A stretch of 61,095 bases of DNA, filler included, from Basidiobolus ranarum (lineage: Eukaryota): assembly GCA_040143965.1 (NCBI GenBank). It is 9 parts of 9 records of this genome, joined end to end, with 100 filler letters (N's around TTAATTAATTAA, not from the genome) between each part and the next. Parts side by side here need not be neighbours in the genome. Positions count along the whole stretch, not along the records: positions 6,821 to 13,534 come from JASJQH010008137.1; positions 13,635 to 20,342 come from JASJQH010008138.1; positions 20,443 to 27,147 come from JASJQH010008139.1; 6 more parts are not named here. One strand, given 5' to 3'. Positions 12,050 through 24,191 of the stretch are shown here, piece after piece. Position numbers and translations under genes: made by a program. A model generated the notes under the pieces. The model was given only the letters and a program-made list of their open reading frames with translations. It was not told where the DNA came from and did no database searches. The stretch's first letter is position 1; every line of letters starts with the position of its first letter.

Positions 12050-13357
12050 CACTTGTATGGACACTATAAGGAACAATATGGCACTATCCTCCACAATCAG
12101 ACACAATGATTTTTTTGGAGATATTGTGCCAGCCTGTACCAAGTTACCCAATTTAGTATTGCCAAATTAAGATTTTGGGTAATGGACAAAGCAAGTCCAT
12201 CCCCTAGTTTGTAACTTTATGTTCTTGCCTCTTCAACCCCAGTAAAAGCTTCATCTTTTGACTGGCTGTGGTTGCAGTTGCATGGTAATATTTGTTGGAG
12301 CAAGTTATCCACCTTGTGGTTTGTTTTTGATGGTTATTGATTCTTCAACACAGTGGAAGCTTCATCTCTTTCAATTGGCTGTTGCTGTGGTTGCATTTCA
12401 GTATGTGTTGGAGCAAGTTGTCTACCTTGAGGTTTGTATTTGGCAGTTCTTGCCTGTTCAACCACAGTAGAAAGTTCATGTCTTTTGACTGGCTGCTGTG
12501 ACCTCTCTTGCATAGCAGAACACATTGGAGCATATTGTCTACCTTGAGGTATGTGTTTGACTGTTGGGACTTCTTCTAGCTCTGTAAGATCTTCACTATC
12601 TCTCTCAAGCACCTGTTTTCTTGGTCTTGTGGGGGTACTTGTTAGAACAAATTGCTCTCTGAGTAGATCACTCTCAGGTGCCAGATCTTCATGCTACAAA
12701 GTGGAAGGTGCAATTATACTTGCAGTTGGCCTTTGTTGTTGTTGCATGGTAATACGCATTAAACTGGTGTGTCTGTCTGGTGGCATGCTTCTTGGAGCTG
12801 ACTCTTCTCCAGATGTAAAAAGCTCACTGGTTGATTTGTTTGAATCAGGTAAATCACATGCCATGATGTGTGAGTATGCAGGCCATCCTCCTCCTGGTTC
12901 ATAACCAACTGCCTCCTCTTCATCAAAAATGGGAGAAACATCACAGACTCTTCCAAGCTGGTGTTGCTGTCAATGTGTACTACTTGCTGATGAACCTACA
13001 TGTGGGGCTCTTGTCCTTGTAAGAGGTGTGACCTCAGTTCAAGTGGTCAGTTGTGTAGAATCTTCTTGTGAAATAGTTATCTTGTCAGGACTCTGTTCAA
13101 TTTGGAGTGATCTAGTATGTTGGGGCAATGGTCTGGACTGCTCCAATTTGCCTTCAGTAATATCTTCTCATTCAATAAACTGTCATGCTATTCTCTTTAC
13201 ATCTCAATTGATTACTCTTGCCATAGTGTCTTGATATGTTGTTTTGAACTCTGCAACCTCCATCAACAGTTGCTGCATAGTCACATTGAGTAGTTGTAGA
13301 TATCTATTGAGAACATCTTTTGTCTCTAAAGTTGAGGCTGCAACAGTTGCTTCCATC
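12050..13357 (-). mobile_element. Decayed gag-like ORF relic, copy 2, with 38-aa repeats
   Basis: Long reading frame MEATVAAST...QQLLMEVAEFKTTYQDTMARV...KHIPQGRQYAP...KYKPQGRQLAP..., interrupted mostly by TGA/TAG stops. It ends in a W-rich segment (NWVTWYRL..YL.KN...LWRIVPY) reminiscent of retrotransposon gag. Confidence 0.5.
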
Positions 13358-13534
13358 CAAACAAGCAAAAACACAATTGGAATTGTGCTTTTGTGGACTC
13401 AAAAGCAAAATTCCTATTTCTTAACTCACACTTTCTATCCTCATGAGTCTTATTGTATATTTTCTTGCTGACTTCTGAAGGCATGAAGATATAGTATTCT
13501 CTCCAAGGCAGAGTCAAAAGTTGCTTCCACTTTT

Positions 13535-13634
13535 NNNNNNNNNNNNNNNNNNNNNNNNNNNNNNNNNNNNNNNNNNNNTTAATTAATTAANNNNNNNNNN
13601 NNNNNNNNNNNNNNNNNNNNNNNNNNNNNNNNNN
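13535..13634. other. Artificial contig spacer
   Basis: N44-TTAATTAATTAA-N44. Confidence 0.99.
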
Positions 13635-14434
13635 GCTTTTCTTCCCCTGATGAGGCTACTAAAGCTGTCACTGAGATGAATGGTAGAATGTGGGGAGATA
13701 AGCCATTTTATGTTGCTTTGGCCGAGCGCAAAGAAATCCGTAAGCAACAGCTGGAAGCTCAAGCCGTACAACGTACTCATCTACAAATTCACCAGGGAAT
13801 GCCTGGTTCCGTGTATCCCAATGGAGCCCCAGTATACTATCCATCTGGACCAGGCTTCCCGCAACCTAGAGGAGGTGGGATGGTGTTCCCTCAAGGTGGT
13901 ATGGTTCCACGTCCTAGATGGGGCACTCCCAATCAACCAGGGCAACCAGGTTCTCCAATGCCAGGCCAATATTCACCTATGCCACCACAACCAATCAACC
14001 AAATTCCTGGACGTCCTCGTCCACAGCGCCAGCGTGGTGGTGGCCATAGTCGCGGTCGTGGTGGTTTCAAATATGCTCAACCGCGTAATGGGCAGCCCAA
14101 TGGTCCTGCTGGTACAGCACCTAGTGAAAATGATTCAAATGGTGAAGAGCCAGAGATTAAATCGGGTTTAACCGCAGGAGCCCTGGCTAATGCTTCTCCA
14201 CAGCAACAAAAGCGGATGCTTGGCGAACGTTTGTTCCCATTGATCCAGCAAAAGCAACCTGAGCTTGCCGGAAAGATTACAGGAATGTTACTTGAAATGG
14301 ATAATTCAGAGTTGCTTCACCTGATTGAAAATAGTGATGCGTTGGATATCAAACTTAATGAAGCCATTTCTGTGCTCAAAGAACATGGATTGGCAGCTCA
14401 AGAGGATGGTGAGGAGGAGCCCAAGGAAAATTAG
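13635..14434 (+). CDS. PAB1: Polyadenylate-binding protein, 3' part (end of RRM4, Pro/Gln linker, MLLE/PABC domain); 5'-truncated by contig end
   Basis: FSSPDEATKAVTEMNGRM..KPFYVALAERKE and LANASPQQQKRMLGERLFPLIQ...LAGKITGMLLEMDNSELLHL. Confidence 0.96.
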
Positions 14435-14990
14435 GGGTTGAAGGATGAGTATCGTTGCTAGCAAATGTATCCTTATAATGTCTCTCTCGACATGGCTGTT
14501 TAACTTTAGCCCGGTAGAATGAGGATAGCCAACTCAGTCTATTTTTTCTTCAATATTAGTATCTGTTATGATCTAGATATGTTTTCAATCAGGAGAGCGT
14601 TACTAGCTGCTTTACAACACATTCTAGATTACTACATTATTGCAAATATGTGTGACCAGTTATTTTAATGTATGAATTTTTCTATTTGCTTTACTCTGTC
14701 TCTTACTTGGTTGAGTTGAATAAAGTTTTTCAAAAAACTACACTTGATGTTCAATACAGGATTCGAGGATAAGGATTTATCCAATGAATGCTCAAGTGCT
14801 GCGGTGATAAACTTGAAGTAAATAGGATATCTACTACTCAAAACCCCCCTCTGTAAATACTCCACGAATATTAGGTGTATTTTGAAAGTACTTCGCTTAA
14901 AACGTGTTACGCTCACTCCTAATCACCACATTTTAACAACAAATAATTCCTTCTTTTTGGTCATACCGCGTTGGTTGAAATTCCCACTAA

Positions 14991-15353
14991 ATGGAAGATC
15001 CTTATACCTACTCTCTCTTTCAAAAACTGCCTTCTCTCATACAAGAACGTTTCAAAGGTACAGCTGTCGAGTCACAAACCTTACTTGAATATCTCAGTCA
15101 CGATTATGAACTTTTATCGACAATATTCACCCTGATGGCCTTAGGAGTAGGTTTGTTGCTAGCTTATAAGCTCATTCACAGTACTATCTTGCTAGTCTGG
15201 AGAGTGATAAAGATTTGTCTATTCACAGCTTTGACAGGGTTCTTTCTTTATTGGATTCTAGAGTTAGATTGTCAACATTTCAACGGACAACTTAAACTTC
15301 TGGTTCAAGAAAAAGTGTTCGAGTATAGTGACTGGCTCTTACCTTGGAAATAA
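14991..15353 (+). CDS. Small two-TM membrane protein, Apq12-like
   Basis: 120-aa ATG-initiated ORF with two hydrophobic helices separated by a short amphipathic segment (YKLIHSTILLVWRVIK), followed by AATAAA. Family assignment is tentative. Confidence 0.55.
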   Translation: MEDPYTYSLFQKLPSLIQERFKGTAVESQTLLEYLSHDYELLSTIFTLMALGVGLLLAYKLIHSTILLVWRVIKICLFTALTGFFLYWILELDCQHFNGQLKLLVQEKVFEYSDWLLPWK

Positions 15354-15636
15354 CTTCATAAATAAATCACTTTTATTACGCTTCTTATTATATATTTGAT
15401 TTGATCACTATTCCATGGATAAAAGTGGTATTGAGCCAATTTAGATGATATAGATTATGCTCTACCTCAGCGACCGCTATATATTTAACTTTGATTAGTA
15501 ATAGAAGAGAGATAGATATATGTAGTCTTACCAAATCAAATACCGTACACTGTTTTTTTCATTCCATAATACAACATATAAAGAGATGGGATCATTGATT
15601 CAGGATTTTGGAAGCTTGTCTATTCTGATTTATATA

Positions 15637-16362
15637 ATGAGCTCGCCTCAAGAGGATGTATGGGCTCTTGATCGCTCAGACATTGAATATGAGCGCCTGA
15701 TAGCTGAACGTGAATGGTCTCGCTTGAACGAAAATTTTGGTAACGAAGGTTACAAAGAAGGTTTATCTGAAGGTAAAGATCAAACCATAGAAAGTTGCTT
15801 TGGTGACGGTTTTACCGAAGGAGGTAAATATGGCTTGAGAATGGGTGAACTGAGAGGCTGGCTAAGGTAATTTGGTTGCTTTTTTAAACAAAGTATCCCC
15901 TCCAAAACCTAAATATTTACCCTATTACACTGTAGTACTCTTTTACTTACAGCTAACGGCCTTAACCTGGAGAAGACAAAGCTAGAAGAGATAAAGAAAC
16001 TCCGAGAAGAACTTCGTCAGTTTAAATCAGATAAAATGTTCTCCACTCAGTATTTTCGTAAAGAAGGTAATATTCCACAATCGGAAAAAACGAAAGACCA
16101 AAGTTGTAGTCAAGATAGTGACTTGGAGAGTCACTGCCAAAAAGACGATAGTCCTGATTCCAGAACACAAACTGAACTTGATAGCAACGATGATGTGGAT
16201 TCCTCACATCAAGAAAAATCCCAAAATAATTTAGAAAACCTTCCTACCAATATTCCATATGCAAATACCTTTCATGATAAACTACCAGCTGAAATAGTAC
16301 GCGAGTACGAGGATAAAGTGTCGAAGCTAATCAATTCTTTGAACATAAATATTTCCTTGTAA
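15637..16362 (+). CDS. YAE1: Yae1-like protein (Yae1_N, deca-GX3 motif), 2 exons
   Basis: DVW...EREWSRLNENFGNEGYKEGLSEGK...GF.EG.KYG..MG..RG. GT-AG intron ~15868-15936; exon 2 runs to TAA at 16362. Confidence 0.8.
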
Positions 16363-16889
16363 CATACTACAGATGATTTACATAGCTCTCTACCCCATTA
16401 TATCTGCGATATAAAAGGGTAGAAATGTACCGAAGCCCAATAAATACTACCTAACCAATATCCACCCAAGTGAATTTTCAAATCTCGACACATTTATTAG
16501 TTCATATACATCACAAATATCTACTTCTTGGCAGAAAATTCCAATAACAAGTTATACTACTACTAGTGTCAAAAGGCTTAGATAAATGGCCGTTAAGAAA
16601 TAGAAATATCCACTAGATTCGACCCAATGTAGATAAGGTAACAGTATGTCAAAGATCACAGTACAGCGGAAGAGGTGGTAAAAGATTCAAAATATTTTCT
16701 CGTTTTCTTGATACTAAACGTGTCACGATTATTCGTTAAGAGGAGTATGGGTAGTATATTGTGGATGATTGGTAGTAAGTGGCAGGTGCTAAATGGTAGT
16801 AGATATGTCTCTCTAATCTCTAGTTTTCTTTCTCGCATCGGATCTATATCGAAAAACTGTTAGAAAAAAGGAAATATGTAAACGTTGAC

Positions 16890-17780
16890 AAGATAGACTC
16901 ACGAAGATTCCTCATGGCCGCGTTTGCCTTTCATATCCTTAAGAGATGAATTGAATTGATCAAATCCGAACAAATCTGGTTCGACCACTTGCTTTTCAAA
17001 CCTGTCACGAATCTACTGGGCATCGGGATCCAGATTCCAAACTAAGGCAGCGGCTCTGATTAAGTCAGGGATTGTACCTAAATGGGAGTCTGTCTCAAGA
17101 GTTGCTATTGTAAAGCCTTTCTTGACGAATCGATAGGGGAATGCCAGGCTATATTACCAACGCTTTCCTGCCAAGGAGATTCGTAATTAAACTCTCCCCA
17201 TTGCCCATTGTCAAGTCTTGGTGAAGGGCTGAAATTGGAAATCGCTGAGTCACTATTTGGTTCATACGGTCAGGCAGTTCGTATAACCGTATTTTGGTAG
17301 ATTCCATAGAATGCGAGGACTGCAGACAGCCTTTGATTTCTTATTTTCAGTAAGCTCGGATAAAGCTTTCTTAATAGAACTTTACGAAGCCGATCGATTT
17401 CTCAAGATTCATAACCATTTGGGCGATACCAGTTCGCACGATGTCATGGATAAGCATCGAAGACGGTCGAATCTGGCATCCACATGAATTTTCCTTGGTC
17501 AATCCCCCTTTTATTCAATCTGTATTGAGGCGGTCACTTTGATCAGATGTTAGCTGGACACTTACTTGTTTTAGTATCCTCGGTACTTCATTCGAGTAAT
17601 AACTTCGTTTCACTGAAACACAGCAGCGATCTACATTGGTCCAGCTACTAATTGGGATTCCGGTGCAGAATATAAGAATCTCTTATGGTAATGATGCCAC
17701 CATATGCACAAAATCAGCAGTTTACATGGGAATGGTGTTTCCTTGTATGGATGGATTCCGATAGTCTCAGCAACGAACCA
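16890..17780 (-). pseudogene. Highly degenerate SNW/SKIP (PRP45-like) pseudogene
   Basis: Colinear remnants in shifting frames: IHPY..FP..ADF..GG..EI, IHVDA..HDIVRTG, KKALSEL...K, KIRLYEL, AWH.P..KGFTIATLE and PV..FEKQVVEPDLFGFDQF...KGKRG. These resemble SNW motifs (PPY..DFGDGGAFPEI, KGYTIPLD, GPVQFE..DPFGLD.F). Many stops and frameshifts. Confidence 0.45.
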
Positions 17781-18599
17781 AATTTCTAATTCTAGAAAAC
17801 TGAGAGTATTAGATTCGACTGGTTGCCGCAGTGAATGAATTGATGAATGCCGTGAATGTGCATTGGGGTTTTGCATCGCCAGCACATAGTTGACAAAATC
17901 GTTTGAAGCACTACGCATTCGTATTTAGCAATCCAATTGCTGAACAGCCCAGGTTCTCAATCGAGAATCCCAGTATCCTTTAAAGGTATCTGGACTGCAT
18001 GTATGGTGGCCACGTGTATGTTGTTGATTCTCGTAGTATATTGTTTAACAAATCAATGTTATCTATTTAAAGTGAAACCCATCACCTTGTAGAGATGAGT
18101 AATAGTGTTTGGCAAAACATTTACTCTGTTTAATTGCTGGGACTCACGAACCTTCCGATCTTATCGCCAATACTGAATGCTATTTAGTCATAAGGGCTCA
18201 TGGTATGCTTACTTTTTTAAGCTTAATTGTCAAGATTTACCCACCACTATGTGATTTTCTTGGAGGGGAGTATTTGAGCACTTGCCACAAAAGTAGTCAG
18301 CTGAAACCAGACGATTTCTAGAATTGTATATTGGATAACCATGTTTGAATGTTTGCTATTGACTATTTCCTGTAGTTGCTTTCGAGCCTGAGAACGCCTG
18401 ATAATCAACAATATCCGGGAATACTTTATACGCATTGACAAGGAACGAGTAATGGTAGATATGTCAGAATTCTGGAAAAATAAACAGCATGCCATCGTTG
18501 TCTAATTTTGTTTGTAGTTAAGCAAAACACTGAATGTATTTGTTATTTGGCAGCATAAACATATTTTTGTATGGATATGGGAGTTAGCTAAATTTAGCT

Positions 18600-19080
18600 C
18601 TTTTTCATGATCACTGAAAATAACCTTTTTGTTCTTAGTATTCTGCCTTTTATAATACTGACAGCAATATTACCAGGAGTAACTAAGCTTGACATGGTTT
18701 TGTTGGTGGTTGTGCATTCCAAAGTTCCTGTGGCGGCGTACACAGATGAATTTCTACTGTTACTAACATTGTCATAATGGTATTTCTTAAATCTTAAATA
18801 CCCAATTGCATTAACCAACTTGTTTACCAAATCACTCACTGTTGTAATTAATGGATGCAGGATGAATTCCAAGTTAGTTTGATTCAGTGCATATATGTTT
18901 TGTTTAGCACCGTAATGAACATTTGAATCTAGCAATGCTCAGACATATTTTAACTTTGAATAGTTTAAAGCACAAAAAGATTGGTGAGTCAAATATCTGG
19001 GAAGCCATCTATGCTGTAAAGAATAGTTGCATAGCTACCATACAATGGGTGAGTGACAACTATGGAAAAGTGATTGAAAA
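18600..19080 (+). mobile_element. pogo/Tigger-like (DDE_1) transposase relic
   Basis: Remnants FLLLL...LNLK...LPNHSLL*LMDAG*I..F...NIWEAIYAVKNS match the LLLLDN..FLPPNTT..LQPMDAGII..NI.EAI pattern. The region is CpG-poor with many stops. Confidence 0.5.
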
Positions 19081-20342
19081 GGACAAAAATATCTTTTGAT
19101 AAGGGTGCCAGTGTTAGAAGAAAGACTTCACACTGGGATAGAGTAATTTGGCCAACGTGTATGAATAAATAATGCTCTCCATTAATTATGCATGATTTCT
19201 GTGTTAGTGATTTTCACTGATTCAATTTGTTGTGCTACACTAAGCTCTAATACATGAGCTCAAGCTAGCTGCACCAGAAGTGTACTACATGGCCATTTGA
19301 TTTGTCATGCAAGTCATCAATGAGCTATGCCTATATTCAAAAAGTTCAAACAGTTCAACCCTGATTCTATTAACTGCTAGAAATCATCCATGACAACTAG
19401 CGGATAGCAAAAGTTTAGCTTGGAGTAAACAAAGTAGTATTATTGAAGTTGACTCGTCATATATGGCTAAATGTGACTCCTCTACTGACAACTTTCCGAA
19501 TAAATGAAGTGCCCAATGAACCCACCCCATCTCAAACATCTTTTGACCTGCCACAGTAGATATGAAATCGGACATTCATCATTGCGAATACCTAATTGCT
19601 GGTGATATTGTTGCCACATATTGATTTAAGGTTTTACATCTGAACATATACTATTTATGCCAAATCAATTGCCTCTTTAGTGAACAGCCGAATTTCAGAT
19701 TTGTTTCAACCACTTGCAAAGGGTAATGCTATGGTCTATTTTGGAATATCGAGCCCCCATCATCTCTGTGGTAAGATCTGTACTGGATTTATTTGGCATT
19801 GTTAGTCACCGATGCTAGGAATCGAATCGTGGGAAATCGTACTACTCCTAACATCATTACTACCATCAATATACTCAAGCCACTTGACATTGGTTGATGC
19901 GAGGATTCAAGATCATAACGAACGAATAAACTTTGAAAAGCGAATCATCGTCAAACTTAAACTAGCTCTTTCTTGATATATGAAAAATTCCTTTTCTCAG
20001 ATGAAACGGATATTCATTTGAGTGGTAGACTTAAACCATCCCTCCTTGAGATGTTCCTTACTAATTGAAACTTAGAGCTCCTAATGATGACTTTCAGTTA
20101 ATCCATGGAAACGAGAACACTGAGCGCAACAATGAGAGTGGCTTCGGGCTAATCAAGAATCAGGTTGACGTTGTTTGTTTGAAAGTTACACCGATACGAG
20201 TTATCCAAGGTTACGCAAAAGTAAATAAACTCATGGTTCGTAAGTGATGGGTGGCTGCTACCAAGTTTGGAGTGGTGCTCCGTTGCAAGCGGCTCAGGCT
20301 CGGGACCCCTCCACGCGGGCGGGAAGGGACCTACGTGGTTGT

Positions 20343-20442
20343 NNNNNNNNNNNNNNNNNNNNNNNNNNNNNNNNNNNNNNNNNNNNTTAATTAATTAANN
20401 NNNNNNNNNNNNNNNNNNNNNNNNNNNNNNNNNNNNNNNNNN
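20343..20442. other. Artificial contig spacer
   Basis: N44-TTAATTAATTAA-N44. Confidence 0.99.
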
Positions 20443-20460
20443 CACAAATGAATACTTACT

Positions 20461-23425
20461 TGTGCTCGTTTCTTCACACTTCCTAACACTTTCTCAAGGT
20501 TTTTCTCTAAAGATTGTTGAAGTTCAGATTCTCTATTTCCTTTGGGATTCAACCAATTGATCAACTCTTGAATCTAGAAACTCAAGAGTAATAAGTAAGC
20601 GGACTAGATAAATCGTATTACCAATCTCGACAAACCTGTTCCTCTTCTATGCAATACCATTGATTGGGCTTCTGTGGGACTTGGATGTCATGATCGCCCA
20701 CCTTTTCTTTGACGTACTTCAATTGTGATTCGGCTCCAGAGCAAACGTATATCTTTCCATCTGAAATCCAGCCACCATTATAGGCTACACGTCCAAACAA
20801 ATGGTAACAATTAAAGAATCGATCATAACCCAGGGACTCACTTCTTAGAACTAAATATTTGTCCATCTCCGTGCTCAGCTTGGCTAGCTAAATTCAAGAA
20901 GAAATTACGATGAGCAAAGAGTACTTCAAATCTAGGGTTAGTCCTTGCCAGTTGTTTACCTTTCTATCTAATTTCATCTCGTATTCACCTAGTCGCTTTC
21001 TTTCGTCAGTTCTAGCTTTCGATTCTTGCTCTTTTACTCGCGCCTCCTCTCTTAACTTGGAACGAGGTTTTGAGGTTGATTCATTGCTTTTGATGGCGAT
21101 GAAATTATATTTAATATTCGAATAACTTGTGAAAGAAATAACCGATTGAAGAACTTACTCCTCTATTTTCTCCTCTTCCGCATCCTGGTTAGATTCAAGT
21201 AGTAATTTGTCAACTTTGATGTAATCTGCGATACTTGTGCGACTGAATAACACAAAGATTTAATGGTGTGAATGATCGAAGAGAGGTATTGGTATGAATT
21301 TCCTACATTTTACTCAACTCTCTTTTGGTTTCGTGAAATTCCTTTCTGGTCTCTGAATGAGCCTCTAGACATTCCTGAATATATTGCCTAAATAAGGAAA
21401 AAATTAGAATGGTTTTCTAAAGACAAAGCGACAGGGTGGGTCTTTTAACCCATCAAATTTACCGAATAGTTTCTGTGTCCAATACGTTTTCCAATAGACA
21501 GTTCAAGATGTCTACTTTATATTTGGTCTCTAGTGTACTAAATTGGTTCTTAATGTTCGAGGTGTCACTGGTATCACTTGGTCGTATGTGATTCAAAATG
21601 TCCATTGAGAATTTCAACATTTCTCTCTTACTTTGAACGAAACACAGTAAACATAATTCCCAATGGTTTCTATTGAATGGTATTAAGCTACTGTCCCAAC
21701 TTCTTCCTTTCTTTTCAAACATCCAATCTACATCCTCCTCCACCGTCATCTCCTGGTCTGGTTGCTCTTCACTCTCAGTTGTTCTGGTAGTCTCCGTCTT
21801 GGAGGTGATCACAGCATTGAGAAGTGCTACGTAACATTCGGTCATTAGAGTACATGGGTCTTCTACTCGATGATGAAGTGCATCTAAGAACTCCTCCAAG
21901 GAAAATGGAGAGATATAAAGTGGCTTTCTGAAGAATGTGGATAAGGATGATCAATTAATATATAATCATACAGGCGCAATGAGAGAAGGTTCATAAATTT
22001 ACCCAAATGTATTGAAAAACGACCATATTGCCAATACATCCCCCATCAATTCGTTGGATATTGGGAGGTCACAGGTAGATTTTGGTGGCGGTGTAGAGAT
22101 CGCAGATTGTGGTAATTCTAAATCCTCTATCGGATATTTTACTTCAGGTGGTATGATAACAGGCTGGAGGGTTGGCTTGTCACTATCTTTTGACTATAAG
22201 GAGTAACAACCATTAGACTCATCTTTCGTGCTTTGCCACACAGGAAAGGTGAAAAAAGCTACCTTTTCTTCGTCTTGCTTGTTACTGCGTTTAAGTTCAT
22301 TGGGGATTCGAAGGGATATCTGATAACGTTTGCAGAACTTTGGCTACCAAAGTCGATCAACAATTAACATATACCTAGTTTGAAGTAAGATCTCTACTCT
22401 TCTTACCTGTACAACCCAAGGGAAGTCTTTCAAGTCGCGACACCGACTTGCTGCAGTATTTATGAGTTGTCGAATGGCATTTTTCGAAAAATTGAATCTT
22501 GACCGGCTAAAGAGAAAAAGGATTAACAGTTGTTCAAAATTTGCATGAAACACTGAAATTTTTACCTCATTTCATCTTCTTGAACCACTATCTTAGCATC
22601 TTCTGCTTTTCCGGTAATCAAATTTACAAAGTAGCTGCTTTTAGGGGTTGAAGATAAACTATCTACTTCTGGATCAATTTTCGTCTCCGTAGACGCGATA
22701 CTCTCGATTACTCTTCCCCTCCGACTGATATCAAAATGAAATAGATGGCTTGTTAACTTTGATACACTTTGCAAAGACCAACAACTTAGATACGAATCAA
22801 TGTGACCACTTACATAGTATTGTTTGCTTGTATAGTTACTATTTCATCAGGAAAATAACGATGCAAAAACTCCTCATATGTACGCTCGATCAGTGTCTCG
22901 AGTGTCCAAGTTTCTATCAGTTCAATAAACCATTGAGGAAAGTAAAGATAACGCATTAGTAACGAGTATAAAACCCCCACGCCAAGCTCCCTCATTCAAC
23001 TTACTGAACTGAATAAATTCCAATATAGGTTTTCTTAAAACTACAGTCATTTTCAGATCAGCTTCGTCTTTCTTCGCTTTAGTTGTCTCTACAGTAGAAC
23101 TTTCAGGTTTCTCTAAATCAACTTTCTTCGATTTTTTAGCTGACTCTACGGAAATCGTTTCTATAGTGGAACTTTCGAGGTTGTCATGTTTCACTAAATT
23201 AACTTTCTTTGATTTCTTAGCTGGTTCTACAGAGAATTTCCTACGTTTTTTATCCGTCCTGAAATAAAATGTATAGGTCAATTCAAGATATACCACTAGA
23301 AAAGACGAACAACCAAACTAACTGGAAAAGATAACCTACAAATCAGGGACTGTGATTTCGAACATCCTTTTACTTGACTTTTTTACTTCTCCTGAAGTTT
23401 CGCGTTTCGTACAAGTTACCATCAT
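20461..23425 (-). CDS. ITC1: ISWI-complex subunit ITC1/ACF1-like (WAC remnant, DDT, WHIM motifs), multi-exon; 3'-truncated by contig end
   Basis: LRKPILEFIQFS..LETLIERTYEEFLHRYFPDEIV, RSRFNFSKNAIRQLI...PWVV, VKYPIEDLEL, the DDT motif GDVLAIWSFFNTFGKPLYISPFSLEEFLDAL, WHIM1 (LETKYKVDILNCLLE) and WHIM2 (SLGYDRFFNCY). Canonical GT-AG introns. Confidence 0.85.
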
Positions 23426-24191
23426 ATTGAAGTATCTAGTGGAAGTTGTCGACAATAACTCAACCTTAATCGATAAATAAACAAGGCTGAATTGTTATTC
23501 TGAAGAATCATGTAAACATCAATAAATATCATGTAGATAATGATTGTATGCCAGAAACGAATTTTTTTGATTCAATTATTAATAAATCCATATATTCATG
23601 ATGTCATAAATTCTTTGTTATGACAATCGGGTTTGATTCATCACTTCACTTCTTGACTATTACCAGTGCCATTTCATGGCTTTGGAATGGCTGGTGGGTG
23701 TTGCATGGTACAGAGATCCTACAGTGAGTTTTTCATCAAACATTCAGCTTGAAACTCAATATAACCGTGGTGGTCACACTGTCAAATAATTATTAAGCTA
23801 GTGATTTAATTCAAACTATGTTCTGACTGTATATGAAGAATAAGATTGCTGCATCCAGTTGGAGATAAATGGATTATAAGAGGAAATGATTACGCGTTTG
23901 GAAAGTACATGGTTATTTACATTTAGCGATAGAAAAGCGAGGTGATGCAAATGAGAGTTGCGATAACTCCTTACGTTGGGGTAAAGATATTAGAAAAGTT
24001 CACTATGAGTCGAGGAAAACAAACAGTAACGAAGCACCGACACACACGAATCACAGACCATGGCCGAGGTGTCCAAGTTAATAAGTTTAAGGAGGAAGAC
24101 AAAAAATAAGTAATCTTAGGTTGAGTAAATAAGTTGGATTATGATGTAGTACATAAAAGTGTTGCTTAGAATGATAACAAGTCTTCCGCTA

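Noticed and set aside
20290..20342. HDV-like ribozyme (CCC-TCCACGC-GGG resembles P3/L3)
   Set aside because: No P1 partner upstream and the required nested pseudoknot cannot be formed.
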